Positions 19,835 to 30,216 are shown, numbered from the stretch's first letter. The stretch: 64,000 nucleotides of DNA from an uncultured Actinomycetes bacterium (GCA_963709345.1 CAVPVX010000004.1:319257-383256), one strand, 5' to 3'. Program-made: numbers and translations. Notes: generated by a model from the letters alone, not told the origin.

Positions 19835-21370
19835 ATGGGTCTGAACAACACGATCTCAGTGATCCTGCCGGGCGTGGTCTTCGCGCTCGCCGCCGGGCTC
19901 GTCTTCGTCGTCGACCTCTTCGTGCGGCGTAAGGGCGCGCTTGCCTGGATCGCCGTCGCCGGTCTCGTCGCGGGCGCCGCCGTGGCCGTCGGCCAGTGGG
20001 GCCAGTGGACGGGGGGCTGGGCCGTCTGGAAGGTCTTCAGCGGCGGTCTCGGCTTCGGCCGGCGCGAGATGGTGGTGGGCTTTGCCGGCATGATCGGACA
20101 CGACCGCTACGCGCTCTTCTGCGTCGTGCTGTTCGCCGCCGTCGGCGTCCTCACGATCATGCTCTCGGACGCCTATCTCGCGAAGCGCAAGGCCGCGCGC
20201 GGAGAGTTCTACGGCCTGCTGCTGCTCATCATCACCGGCATGACCGGCATGGTCATGAGCACCGACATCGTCCCGTTCTTCGTGTCTTTCGAGCTCATGT
20301 CGCTCCCCACGTACATCCTGGCCGGGTACGTCTGGCGGGAGCAGCGCTCCACGGAGGCGGCGCTCAAGTACTTCGTGACCGGCGCCTTCTCCTCGGCGAT
20401 CCTCGCCCTCGGCCTCGCGCTCCTGTACGCGGCCACCGGCCAGACCAGCTATCGCGGCATCGCCGCCGGCCTCGGTGCTCTCGGCGGTCTCGAATCCGGC
20501 GGCTTCCTCGTCGTGGCCTTCGTGCTCGTGGTCACGGGCTTCGGCTTCAAGATCTCGGCGGTGCCCTTCCACAGTTGGGCGCCTGATGTGTACGAGGGGG
20601 CGCCCACGCCGGTCACGGCCTTCATGTCCGTCGGCGTGAAGGCCGCCGCCTTCGCCGGGTTCGCCAAGCTCTTCCTCATGGCCGCCGGCGTCGACTGGCA
20701 GCACTGGGGTCACGTCATGATCGTCCTCGCCGTGCTCACGATGGTGGTCGGGAACGTGCTGGCGCTGCCGCAACGCAATCTCAAGCGCATGCTCGCCTAC
20801 TCGAGCATCGCCCACGCGGGCTACCTGACGCTCGGCATCATCGCCGCCGGCAAGAGCGGCGACCCGCTCGGGGTGAGTGCGATCCTCTTCTACCTCTCGG
20901 CCTACGCGCTCATGAACCTCGGCGCGTTCGGCGTCCTGATCTGGATCCGCAGTCGCCGGACGTTCGCGTACACGCTCGACGAGATGGCCGGCCTGGGGCG
21001 CAGCCTGCCGTGGCCGGCCATTCTCATGGCGTTGTTCATGATCTCGCTCACCGGCATCCCGCCGACGGCCGGCTTCTGGGGCAAGTTCTACCTGTTCACG
21101 GCGGTCGTGCAGGCCGACCTCACCTGGCTCGCGATCGTCGCCGTGCTCATGAGCACCGTCTCCGCCTACTACTACCTGCGCGTCGTCTGGTACATGTACT
21201 TCCGTGAGGCGCCCGAGGAGGCGGAGATCGTCGCCGAGCCCAGGACGTCGCAAGTGGGCGTCGCCGCCGCCGTCACGGTCGCCGCGCTCGGCGTCCTTCT
21301 GGTCGGCCTCTTCCCGGACCCGCTCCTGCGGGCCGCCGAGGGAGCGCTGCGCCTGCTCGCCGGCGGCTGA
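19835..21370 (+). CDS. nuoN: NADH-quinone oxidoreductase subunit N
   Basis: EAALKYF, FKISAVPFHxWAPDVYEGAP, KRMLAYSSIAHAG and SLTGIPPTAGFWGK. Confidence 0.95.
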   Translation: MGLNNTISVILPGVVFALAAGLVFVVDLFVRRKGALAWIAVAGLVAGAAVAVGQWGQWTGGWAVWKVFSGGLGFGRREMVVGFAGMIGHDRYALFCVVLFAAVGVLTIMLSDAYLAKRKAARGEFYGLLLLIITGMTGMVMSTDIVPFFVSFELMSLPTYILAGYVWREQRSTEAALKYFVTGAFSSAILALGLALLYAATGQTSYRGIAAGLGALGGLESGGFLVVAFVLVVTGFGFKISAVPFHSWAPDVYEGAPTPVTAFMSVGVKAAAFAGFAKLFLMAAGVDWQHWGHVMIVLAVLTMVVGNVLALPQRNLKRMLAYSSIAHAGYLTLGIIAAGKSGDPLGVSAILFYLSAYALMNLGAFGVLIWIRSRRTFAYTLDEMAGLGRSLPWPAILMALFMISLTGIPPTAGFWGKFYLFTAVVQADLTWLAIVAVLMSTVSAYYYLRVVWYMYFREAPEEAEIVAEPRTSQVGVAAAVTVAALGVLLVGLFPDPLLRAAEGALRLLAGG

Positions 21371-21419
21371 CGGGCGAGCGGCCCGCGGGGACGCCGCCGC
21401 CTCCGCTCCTGCCGTCAGG

Positions 21420-21425
21420 TACACT
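21420..21425 (+). promoter_or_regulatory. -10 box TACACT, leaderless promoter of ymdB
   Basis: TACACT 6 nt upstream of ATG 21432. Confidence 0.5.
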
Positions 21426-21431
21426 GAGACC

Positions 21432-22205
21432 ATGAACATCCTCTTCGTCGGTGACGTGTTCGGCAGGCCCGGGCGGGATGCCTTGCTGGGCTGGCTCCCC
21501 GGTTTTCGCGAGGAGCGCGCCGTCGACTTCGTCATCGTCAACGGTGAGAACGCCGCCAACGGCGCCGGGATCACCTCCAAGATCGCCCTGCGTCTGCTTG
21601 CCGCGGGGGTCGACGTGATCACGACCGGCAACCACGTCTGGCGGCAGCGTGAGGTCTACGGTTTCCTCACCACCGACGAGCGGATCGTGCGCCCGGCGAA
21701 CTACCCGCCGGGCGCTCCGGGCCGGGGACTGACGGTGCGCCCGACGGCCGCAGGCGAGGAGGTCGCCGTCATCGATCTCGCCGGTGAGCTCTTCATGCAG
21801 ACCGGCATGTCGCCCTTCCGCGTCGTCGACCGGCTCGTCGACGAGGCGCAAGGCCTCGCCGAGACGATCGTCGTCGATCTGCACGCGGAGGCGACCAGCG
21901 AGAAGGTCGCCATGGGGCACTATCTCGACGGTCGCGTCACCGCCGTGCTGGGCACGCACACGCACGTGCAGACCAGCGACGCGCGCGTGCTGCCGGGAGG
22001 CACGGCCTACATGACCGACGTCGGCATGACGGGTCCGCTGGAGTCGGTCATCGGAGTGCGCACCGACATCATCGTGCGGCGGTTCACGACCGAGCTGCCG
22101 CAGCAGTTCGAGGTCGCGGAGGGGCCGGTCCGTCTCGACGCCGTGCTGATCTCGGCCGATGGCGGCCGCGCCACCGATGTGGAGGCTTTTGACCTCTTCC
22201 TGTAG
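21432..22205 (+). CDS. ymdB: YmdB/TIGR00282 family metallophosphoesterase
   Basis: MNILFVGDVFG, NGENAA, TGNHVW, HAEATSEK, GTHTHV and TDVGMTGP. Confidence 0.92.
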   Translation: MNILFVGDVFGRPGRDALLGWLPGFREERAVDFVIVNGENAANGAGITSKIALRLLAAGVDVITTGNHVWRQREVYGFLTTDERIVRPANYPPGAPGRGLTVRPTAAGEEVAVIDLAGELFMQTGMSPFRVVDRLVDEAQGLAETIVVDLHAEATSEKVAMGHYLDGRVTAVLGTHTHVQTSDARVLPGGTAYMTDVGMTGPLESVIGVRTDIIVRRFTTELPQQFEVAEGPVRLDAVLISADGGRATDVEAFDLFL

Positions 22206-22376
22206 AAGGTATTCCCTTGCCGGCGGCGTTCCGCCCGGCGGGTTCGCGGGTAGGTCTTGGTCTGCGGGTGCGGAGCGCTCGTAGCGACCGGCGGGGGAGG
22301 ATGAGGGCTGATGCACCGGGCGAGCCTGCACGACCCTGCCCTTGAGGTATCCGAAGGTGTTGCCGATGTTGAGAAC

Positions 22377-23901
22377 ATGGGCGACACCACACTGAGCGAG
22401 AGGCGCGCGGAGCGCCTGGACCGCGGTTCCCGCGCGGCTGAAGCGGCCGGCGGAGCGCGGAGGCGCCCGTCCGCCCTGCGCGTGGCCGCGACGCTGGCGG
22501 CCGACGCGGCGGCTTTGGCCGTGTCCGCCATCTTCGTCGCCTGGATCGTCGCGGGTCTGGGGTCGGTGAGTGTGATCGACAGGCTCGGTGGGCCCTTCGT
22601 CAGCGAGCCCGGGGTCGGCCTTCTCCTGTTCCTCGCCCTGATACCGTACTGGCTCGCGGTGCTCTGGGCCTTCGGCCTGTACCGCGAGCCGGGGCGCAGC
22701 ATCGGCGGCTTCAACCTGGGCGAGGCCCTGAACGGTCTCACGTCGCTGACGTCGGCGAGCTGGCTGCTCCTCATCATCATGGTGCTCAGCCTGGGTATCA
22801 CGCGCGCCGGTGGCCCCTCTCATCATCTACTGGGCTCTGGCCGCGGTGATCGTGCCTTCGGCGCGGTGGGTCAGCCGCGTCACCGTCTGGTCCAGGCCGG
22901 CCTTCCAGGAGCGGGTGCTGATCATCGGCGCCGGTGAGGTGGGTCACACCATCGCGGCGAAGATCAGCGCGCACCCCGAGTATCACATCAAGCTCGTCGG
23001 CTTTCTCGACGACGGAGAGCCGCGTCGCAACGGCGACGGCGGCCCCCCGCTTCCCGTCATCGGCACCCTCGACGACCTCGAGCGCCATCGTCTCGGACGA
23101 GCGGGTCGACCGCGTGATCGTCGCCTTCTCGCGCGCCCGACACAACGACTTCCTGCGGGTGGTGCGTGCCTGCGCCGACGACGGCGTCAAGGTCAACATC
23201 GTGCCGCGCCTCTTCGAAGTGGTCAGCTCGCGGGCGCTCGTGGACGACGTCGAGGGCATCCCGCTTGCTCGACGTCGGGCACGTGGAGCTGAGCCGCTTC
23301 AACATGGCCGTCAAGCGCGGCTTCGACCTTGTGGTCGGCGGCCTGCTCTGCATCCCGATCCTGCCGATCCTCGCCGTGGTCGCCGTCGTCATCAAGCTCG
23401 ACTCGCCGGGTCCCGTCTTCTACCGGCAGGAGCGCATGGGCCGCGGCGGCAAGACCTTCACGATCTTCAAGTTCCGCTCCATGTATGTAGGGCGCGGATG
23501 AGGAACGGCTGGAGCTGGCCGAGGGGCAGAACGACTACAGCGGGCCGATGTTCAAGCTCAAGGACGACCCGCGGATCACCCGCGTCGGCGGCGTCCTGCG
23601 TCGCTGGAGCATCGACGAGCTGCCGCAGATCCTCAACGTGATGAAGGGCGACATGAGCCTCGTCGGTCCGCGGCCGCTGTGGGTCGAGGAGGCCAAGCAG
23701 TGCCGGGGCTGGACGCAGAAGCGTCTGGACATCACGCCCGGCATCACCGGGCTCTGGCAGGTGCTCGGCCGCACGAACATCCCGTTCGACGAGATGGTCA
23801 AGCTCGACTACATGTACGTCACCGGCTGGAGCCTGAGCTGGGATGTCAAGCTGCTGTTTCAGACGGTCCCGGCGGTGCTCAACAAGCGCGGGGCGTACTG
23901 A
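22377..23901 (+). CDS. priming polyprenyl glycosylphosphotransferase (WcaJ/CpsE-like), with about 4 frameshifts
   Basis: TM region; VLIIGAG..VGFLDD; KRxFD..KLDSPGPVFYRQERxG; KFRSM; DPRITRVG..SIDELPQ..GDMSLVGPRP..PGITGLWQV, spread over ORFs at 22311, 22810, 22934, 23166 and 23548. Confidence 0.88.
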
Positions 23902-23956
23902 CCCGGGAGCGGCGGCGCCTCGCGGCCCTTCCCGGCGGAGAGAGCGCGCTGAACGG

Positions 23957-23962
23957 TATACT
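23957..23962 (+). promoter_or_regulatory. candidate -10 box TATACT upstream of the GT operon
   Basis: TATACT about 60 nt before GTG 24022, which has a GGAGG SD. Confidence 0.3.
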
Positions 23963-24021
23963 GCTGGCGGCTTGGCGAGCACGGTACGACTCTGGCGGCC
24001 ACCCGATAGCGGCGGAGGGCA

Positions 24022-25227
24022 GTGCGCGAACCACATCACATCCTGATCCTCGTCGAGAATCTCTCGGTGCCGTTCGATCGCCGGGTCTGGCACGAGTGCA
24101 CGACCTTGGTCTCGGCCGGGTTCGAGGTCTCCGTCATATGCCCGCAGGGCGAGCGTCACGATCGCGAGGCCTACGCGGAGATCGAGGGCGTGCGCATCCT
24201 TCGGTATCCACCGCCGCCCAGTGCCCGATCGCTCGCCGGCTACGTGCGTGAGTACCCGTTCATGCTGTGGTGGACCCTGCGCCTCGCTCGCCGGATCTGG
24301 CGGGTATGCCCGTTCGACGTGATCCACGCGGGCAATCCGCCCGACCTCTTCTTCCTGATCGGCGGGCTCTTCCGGCCGAAGGGCGTGGCCTTCGTCTACG
24401 ATCAGCACGACGCCGGTCCGGAGATTCTTCTGGCGAAGCGGGGTGGCGTGCAGAAGAGAGGCATCCCGGAGCTTGTTGTGGAGTGGGCCGAACGGTGCAC
24501 GTATGCGCTCGCGGACGTCGTCATCGCCCCGAACGATTCCTACAAGCGCTTGGCCACGACCCGCGGACACAAGGATCCCGGTGATGTGATCGTCGTGCGC
24601 AGCGCCCCTCGCCGGGAGGAGTTCTCGATCAGCCGCCGCGGCTTCGACCGCCGCGGTCACCACCACCTCGTCGGGTATCTGGGCGTGATGGGCAAGCAGG
24701 ACGGCGTGGACCTGCTCGTGCGCGCCGTGGGGCTTCTCATGCACGAGGGGTACGACATCCTGCTGTATCTCGCCGGAGACGGCGAGGCCCGGAGCGAGAT
24801 CGAGGAGCTCGTGAAGGAGCTCGGCATCGAGGACAACGTGCTCATGCCGGGCTACCAGACTCATGAGGAGTTCACCCCCGCGCTCGCGAACGCGGATGTC
24901 TGCGTCGCTCCCGACCCGCCGAGTCCCTTCAACGACATCTCGACGATGAACAAGATCATCGAGTACATGGCGCTGGGCTGCGCCTCCGTCGCCTTCGGGC
25001 TTCCGGAGAACCGCACGACCGGCGGGGATGCTGTGGCATACGCGGATTCCGGCGAGTGGCCGTCCCTCGCGCGAGCGATCGCGCGGCTGCTCGACGACGA
25101 TGAGGCGAGGGCCGAGATGGGCGCCCGTGCTCGCGAACGGTTCGAACGGGTCCTCGCCTGGGAGTATCAGGCGCCCCGTCTTCTGGCGGCGTACGAAAGG
25201 CTGCGGCAGAAGGTGGTGGGCCGTTGA
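24022..25227 (+). CDS. glycosyltransferase family 4
   Basis: ENLSVPFDRRVW, HAxNPPD, GVMGxQDGVD and NKIIEYMA (GT-B fold). Confidence 0.88.
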   Translation: MREPHHILILVENLSVPFDRRVWHECTTLVSAGFEVSVICPQGERHDREAYAEIEGVRILRYPPPPSARSLAGYVREYPFMLWWTLRLARRIWRVCPFDVIHAGNPPDLFFLIGGLFRPKGVAFVYDQHDAGPEILLAKRGGVQKRGIPELVVEWAERCTYALADVVIAPNDSYKRLATTRGHKDPGDVIVVRSAPRREEFSISRRGFDRRGHHHLVGYLGVMGKQDGVDLLVRAVGLLMHEGYDILLYLAGDGEARSEIEELVKELGIEDNVLMPGYQTHEEFTPALANADVCVAPDPPSPFNDISTMNKIIEYMALGCASVAFGLPENRTTGGDAVAYADSGEWPSLARAIARLLDDDEARAEMGARARERFERVLAWEYQAPRLLAAYERLRQKVVGR

Positions 25228-25238
25228 GGGGTGCAGCG

Positions 25239-26225
25239 ATGCCGGCGTGCCACGACCACTGGCGCGGCCTCTTCCTGTCGTGGGCGCCGTTCTCTCGTCG
25301 CACCGAGACGCTGGCGGCCGAGTTCGGCTTGGATGCGCGGTTCATTGTCACCCCGTGGCCGAAGCGGCCGTGGACGGCGCCCGTCAAGTACCCGTTGCAG
25401 GCGCTGCGCACGGCGCAGGAACTGGGCCACGGCGGCGTGAGCGAGCTGTGGATCATGGATCCGCCGTCCCCGCTGGTGACGCTGGCGGGGGCGTGGGCGC
25501 GCCGCCATGGAGTCCCCACCGTGGTGGACATGCACACTGTGGCCTTCTTCGCCCGCGAATGGCGGCTGTTTCGGCCCGTCGAGCTGTCCTGGTTGCGCAC
25601 CGCCGCGGCAGTCATCGTCACGAACGACGAGCTGGCGGAGCAGGTGCGGGCCTGGGGCGCACGGGCGTTCGTGCTGCCCGACCCGTTGCCTGCCGTACCG
25701 GCCGGCGTCGGCGGCCTTGCCGACGTTCTCGACCCCGGCCTCGTCACAGTCGTTGCGACGTACTCGAAGGACGAACCACTGGAGCTCCTCCCGGCCGTCG
25801 CCGAAAGTCTGCCGCAGTTGCGGTTCGCCGTGACGGGAGCGCCGCGCGGCGACCTCGGGCGCTGGCCGGCCAATCTGACCCCGACGGGCTTCCTCAGCGA
25901 CCGGGAGTACTGGAGGCAGCTGGCCCGGTCGGCGGTGGTCGTCGTGCTGACGACGCGGCCGGCGACTCTCCTCTCCGGTGGCTACGAGGCCGTCGCGCTC
26001 GGGCGGCCGCTGGTCACCTCCGACCACGCAGTACTGAGAGACTACTTCGGGCAGGCTGCCGTGTACGCGCCGGCCGACTCACGGCTGCTGAGCGCGGCGG
26101 TGGGCGAGGCTGTCGCTCACGGGTCTGAGCTCGTCGAGCGCATCGTCGCTCTCCGCGCCGTGCGCGAGGCCGGATGGGGCCGCGCTGCGGCGCGGCTGCG
26201 GGCCGTCTTGGGGAGGGCAGGGTGA
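25239..26225 (+). CDS. GT-B glycosyltransferase (GT4-like)
   Basis: DMHT, VTN, DEPLE and GYEAVALGRPLVTSD. Confidence 0.75.
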   Translation: MPACHDHWRGLFLSWAPFSRRTETLAAEFGLDARFIVTPWPKRPWTAPVKYPLQALRTAQELGHGGVSELWIMDPPSPLVTLAGAWARRHGVPTVVDMHTVAFFAREWRLFRPVELSWLRTAAAVIVTNDELAEQVRAWGARAFVLPDPLPAVPAGVGGLADVLDPGLVTVVATYSKDEPLELLPAVAESLPQLRFAVTGAPRGDLGRWPANLTPTGFLSDREYWRQLARSAVVVVLTTRPATLLSGGYEAVALGRPLVTSDHAVLRDYFGQAAVYAPADSRLLSAAVGEAVAHGSELVERIVALRAVREAGWGRAAARLRAVLGRAG

Positions 26226-28153
26226 GCGGCGTCGTCGCGATCCTGTCGTCCGACCCCTCCCGCTCGTCGGTCGGCGCGAGCGGTCTTGAGCGGCTCGACC
26301 ACGTCGACGGCTACGTACGGGAGTCGGCCGAGAGCGGCGCAGTCTGGCTCGGCGTCTGCGGGGACCCGCGCGCGGTGAGCATCGTCGTCGAAGGGGCCGG
26401 TCCGGGGGCCGACGGCGTCGTGGAGGCGTCGGCATCCGCCGCGGCGACGGCCCTCGCAGTCTTCTCCGGTCACCTGCTCAATCGCGCGCGGCTGACCCGC
26501 GAGCTGGGTCTCGACGGGTCCGCGGAGCCGGCGACCGTGGCGCTTGCGGCGTATCGTCGCTGGGGCAGCCGCCTGTTCGACCGGCTCGAAGGAGCCTTCG
26601 GGGTGATCGTCCACGACGCCCGCAGCGGAGTCACGCTCGCCGGCAGCGACCCGTGCTGTGTGGCTCCGCTGTTCGCCACGACGCTGGGTGAGGACGTGTG
26701 CATCTCGAGCGAAGCCAAAGCGTTCGTGGCTCACCCCCGATTTCGCTCCTCGCTGGACCGGCGTTCGCTGGGCGAGCTCATCAGCTTCGGGCACACGCTC
26801 GGAGGCAGGCCGCTGTTCGAAGGCGTCGAGGGGCTGCCGCACGGAGGCCACTTCGAGGTCGCGGGTGGGTCTCTCGCGGTGGTGCGGCACTGGGACGTCA
26901 GGGACGTGGGGGCGCCCTCGCTGCGAGGCGTGACGTATCTCGACCGCCTGGAACTGGTGGTCCGCGAGCTGTCGGCCGAGGCCTACGCGGAGCCCGGCGT
27001 CCTCCTGCCGTTGACCGGCGGGCTCGACTCACGTCTCTTCGCCGCCGCCGCTCCCGCCGACCGGGGTGTGAGGGCGCTCACCTTCGGGGCGCCGGCGGAC
27101 CACGACTGCGCCCTCGCGGCTCGTGTGGCCGCGGCCCGCGGCATCCCGCACGCAGTGCTGCCTCTCGACCCGGCGTACGTGGGCAAGTTCGCGGCCGAGG
27201 CGGTCTGGCTCGTGGAGGGCCGCCTCAACCCGGTCGGCAACATCACCGGCAGCCTGATGGACGGTCTGCGGCCGGCGACCGCCTTTGTCAGCGGTGCCGG
27301 GGCTGCGGCCGGTCGCCACTTCAGCCGCTCCAAGATGCTCGTTCCGGACTGGGCGTGGGACCACGCGAGCGACGGCGACTATGAGCGGTTCTTCGCGACG
27401 CGAGTGGAGCAGAACGGACTCCCCTGGCACCGCATCGCGGACCTCGTCGTCGACGGTGCGGAGTTGCGGGCGGCCGCAGAGCGGCGCCGGCTGGGGATCC
27501 TCGCGTCCACGCGGGGTCGGCCCGCAGTGGACCGGCAGGACCTCTACGTGGTGCAGGAGGACGAACGCTTCGGCCAGACCGGTCTGGCGATCGCCGACCT
27601 CTGGGTGCAGGCTCGGGCTCCTCTCCTGACGCGCCGCTGGATAGAGGCCATGCTCTCGGGTGTTCCGTCGGAGCGGATCGACGATATCGCGCGGCTGCGA
27701 CTCCTTGCGCGCCTCGACCGGCGGGTCGCCGCCGTGCCATGGTCTCTCACGCATCTGTCGCTGCCCGCCAGCGCCAAGGTGCTTCGTGCCCTCAGGCTTG
27801 TCGGCCGACTGGCGCCTCGCCGTCTCGAGCCGCAGGCGACGGCCGGTCGAACGGCGCCGACGAAGGGACGGACCGGCGAGGCGCTCAGCGCGCTGCAACA
27901 CCGGCTGTATCGCCACGCGGACAGCAGAGACGAGTGGCTGCGCGGGCCCTCGCGGGCGGGCGTCGAGGAGATCCTGCTCTCACCGCGCCTCGCCGACCAC
28001 GGCGTCTTCCGCCCCTCCGCCGTGCGCGCTCTCGTGGCCGAGCACATGGCCGGAGGCGCGCTGGCGTCGGCGCTCGGCATCGTCCTCCAGGTGGAGCTGT
28101 GGCAGCGGTTCTTCGAGGACGGCGACCCGCCGCCTCCCGTGAGGCGCGCATGA
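26222..28153 (+). CDS. asparagine synthase-related ATP-dependent amide ligase (N-terminal Cys replaced by Ser)
   Basis: Ntn-like N-domain (RLEGAF, SSEAKA), PP-loop LTGGLDSR and C-terminal LELWxR; starts MSGVV. Confidence 0.8.
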   Translation: MSGVVAILSSDPSRSSVGASGLERLDHVDGYVRESAESGAVWLGVCGDPRAVSIVVEGAGPGADGVVEASASAAATALAVFSGHLLNRARLTRELGLDGSAEPATVALAAYRRWGSRLFDRLEGAFGVIVHDARSGVTLAGSDPCCVAPLFATTLGEDVCISSEAKAFVAHPRFRSSLDRRSLGELISFGHTLGGRPLFEGVEGLPHGGHFEVAGGSLAVVRHWDVRDVGAPSLRGVTYLDRLELVVRELSAEAYAEPGVLLPLTGGLDSRLFAAAAPADRGVRALTFGAPADHDCALAARVAAARGIPHAVLPLDPAYVGKFAAEAVWLVEGRLNPVGNITGSLMDGLRPATAFVSGAGAAAGRHFSRSKMLVPDWAWDHASDGDYERFFATRVEQNGLPWHRIADLVVDGAELRAAAERRRLGILASTRGRPAVDRQDLYVVQEDERFGQTGLAIADLWVQARAPLLTRRWIEAMLSGVPSERIDDIARLRLLARLDRRVAAVPWSLTHLSLPASAKVLRALRLVGRLAPRRLEPQATAGRTAPTKGRTGEALSALQHRLYRHADSRDEWLRGPSRAGVEEILLSPRLADHGVFRPSAVRALVAEHMAGGALASALGIVLQVELWQRFFEDGDPPPPVRRA

Positions 28154-29304
28154 TGCGCATCGTCATGTTCGGGCACAACGACTGGTGGGTGTGGGATCGA
28201 CAGGGCTTCTGCACGCGCAACGCGGCCTTGGCGCGCGAACTCGCGGCGAGAGACGCCGTGTCCGGGCTCCTCGTCGTCGACTCGCCGCGCTGGGGCGCAC
28301 GCACGCACAGGCCTGCCGAGGCGCGGGCGGACGAAGTCACTCCCGTCGGGCCGGGGATCCTGGCGGTCCGGTACTCGTATCCGCTGCCGCTGCCCTCGAC
28401 CTGGCCTGCGGGGCGGCGCCTCAACGAGAGTCTCTCCGCGCCGCGCCTTGGGAAGCGCCTCGCCGCCGCCGACGGCGGCGGACCGGTCGTCCTCTGGGTC
28501 GCGGACCCGAGACTCGTGGCTGCCGCGCTGCGTGTGCCGCACGACGTGTTCGTCTTCGACGCCATCGACGACTGGCGCCAGCATCCCTGGGCCGGACCCG
28601 AGCTTGTCCGCCGCGGCTACGAGCTCGCCGGTCGGCGCGCCGACGTCGTGTTCTCCGTCCATCCCCGGCTGCTCGAGATCATCCAGCCGCGCGGTCACGG
28701 CGAAGTCCTCTTCAACGCGGTGGACGTGCAGCTGTGGTCGGAGGCCCGGCCGGCCGCCGATGTGGCCACAGGGTCGCGACCACTGGTCGGCTATGTCGGC
28801 ATGATCCAGCGACGCGTCGACGCGCACCTGCTGAGCGGTACGGCTGGCCTGTTGCCTCAGGCACGGTTCATGCTGGTCGGCAGGGTGTCACCGTCTTACC
28901 GGGACGAGGTCGGAGGCCTGGGGTCAAATGTGTGGCTGACGGGGCCGAAACCGCACGCGGAGGTGCCGGGACTCGTCGCCGCGTGTGACGTGTGCATCGT
29001 GCCGCACACGCGGGATGCTCTGACGGCGACGATGGATCCGCTCAAGCTGTACGAGTACGTCGCCGCCGGCAAGCCCGTCGTGAGCACCGTCTCGTCGCCC
29101 AATCCTGCCGTGGCCTCCGAGGTGACGCTCGTGGACGGTGAAGAGGCGTTCGCCGCGGCCATCCTCTCGGAGGCGGCGTATGACGACGCTTCGCGTCGCC
29201 TGCGCCGCCGTGCGGCGCTCGCCGGCGAGACCTGGCCGCGGCGAGCCGACCGCATCTTGCAGGTGATCGGCTCGGCGCTTGACGGGCACGGGAGCTCGCC
29301 GTGA
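28150..29304 (+). CDS. GT-B glycosyltransferase (TuaH-like)
   Basis: FDAIDDW, NAVD, GYVG and PLKLYEYVAAGKPVV. Confidence 0.82.
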   Translation: MMRIVMFGHNDWWVWDRQGFCTRNAALARELAARDAVSGLLVVDSPRWGARTHRPAEARADEVTPVGPGILAVRYSYPLPLPSTWPAGRRLNESLSAPRLGKRLAAADGGGPVVLWVADPRLVAAALRVPHDVFVFDAIDDWRQHPWAGPELVRRGYELAGRRADVVFSVHPRLLEIIQPRGHGEVLFNAVDVQLWSEARPAADVATGSRPLVGYVGMIQRRVDAHLLSGTAGLLPQARFMLVGRVSPSYRDEVGGLGSNVWLTGPKPHAEVPGLVAACDVCIVPHTRDALTATMDPLKLYEYVAAGKPVVSTVSSPNPAVASEVTLVDGEEAFAAAILSEAAYDDASRRLRRRAALAGETWPRRADRILQVIGSALDGHGSSP

Positions 29305-30216
29305 GCGTCTGGGCCGTCGTGGCCCATTTTGGCCGACCCCGCCATCACCGCTCGCGCCGTCGTCGCGCTGCTGCATGGCGCCGTCGCACCGGACGTCGTG
29401 CTGGTCATCGACAACCAGGGAGACCTGGTGGCGCTTGAGGGCGTCGACCTGACCGCGACCACACGCGGCGCGTCTCCGGTCGTTCAGTTCGTGCGGCCCT
29501 CGCGCAATGTCGGCTTCGCCGGGGCGTGTGCTGAGGGGTCCCGTCGCGCGCTCGCCGCAGGAGCCGACTGGGTCTGGCTCTTCAACAACGACGCCGTGGC
29601 GGACCCCGGCTGCCTGTCGGAACTCCTCGCAGCCGGTACGGCCTTTCCGCGCGCCGGGCTCCTGAGCCCGGTGATCTCGCTGCGCGGCGGCGCCGGGTTC
29701 TGGTATGCCGGCGGGGATGTTGCGCCCAACACGCTGCAGGTGACTCATCACGCCGAACCCCGGAAGACAGTGCCTCACAGTACCGGCTTCATCACCGGTT
29801 GCGCTTGGCTGGCTCGGTCGGCCTTCATCGCCGATTGCGGCCCGCCTGACGCCAGCCTCTTTCTCTATTTTGAAGACGTCGACTGGACGTTGCGGGCGCG
29901 CGCCGCCGGATGGGACACTTTGCTGGTGCCGACGGCCCTCGTGACTCACGACGTTGAATACGCCGATGGCCGCAGGGTGTTCTCATCGATCGCAGTCTAC
30001 TATATGTCTCGCAACCGACTTCTCGTGGCTCGTCGTTGGGGGTCGCTTCCGGCGGCGTTCGTGGGCGCGGTCTCGTGGGGCGCGCGCCAAACGCTCAAGT
30101 GCCGCTCGCGCACGGTCGCCGCGTCCGTGACGACGGCCGTGCTCGCTGGTCTGCGCGACGGGCTGGTGGGCAGGCGCGGCTCGATTCCCCTGTCCTTGGC
30201 GAGGAGGCTCGTATGA
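29301..30216 (+). CDS. glycosyltransferase family 2 (one frameshift near the start, ~29328)
   Basis: VIDN, NVGFAG, WVWLFNND, GCAWL, YFEDVDW and YYMSRNRL; GTG 29301 overlaps the previous stop. Confidence 0.85.

Noticed and set aside
16330-21370. Extra antiporter subunit (2M-type complex I)
   Set aside because: Only one copy each of nuoL, nuoM and nuoN is present.
12806-21631. Long minus-strand ORFs (867, 726, 562, 591 aa) opposite the nuo genes
   Set aside because: These are antisense shadows caused by strong GC3 bias and carry no recognisable motifs.
26222-28153. Asparagine-synthase-like genes as lasso peptide cyclases
   Set aside because: No precursor, PqqD/RRE or B2 protease genes were seen; the context is entirely glycosyltransferases.
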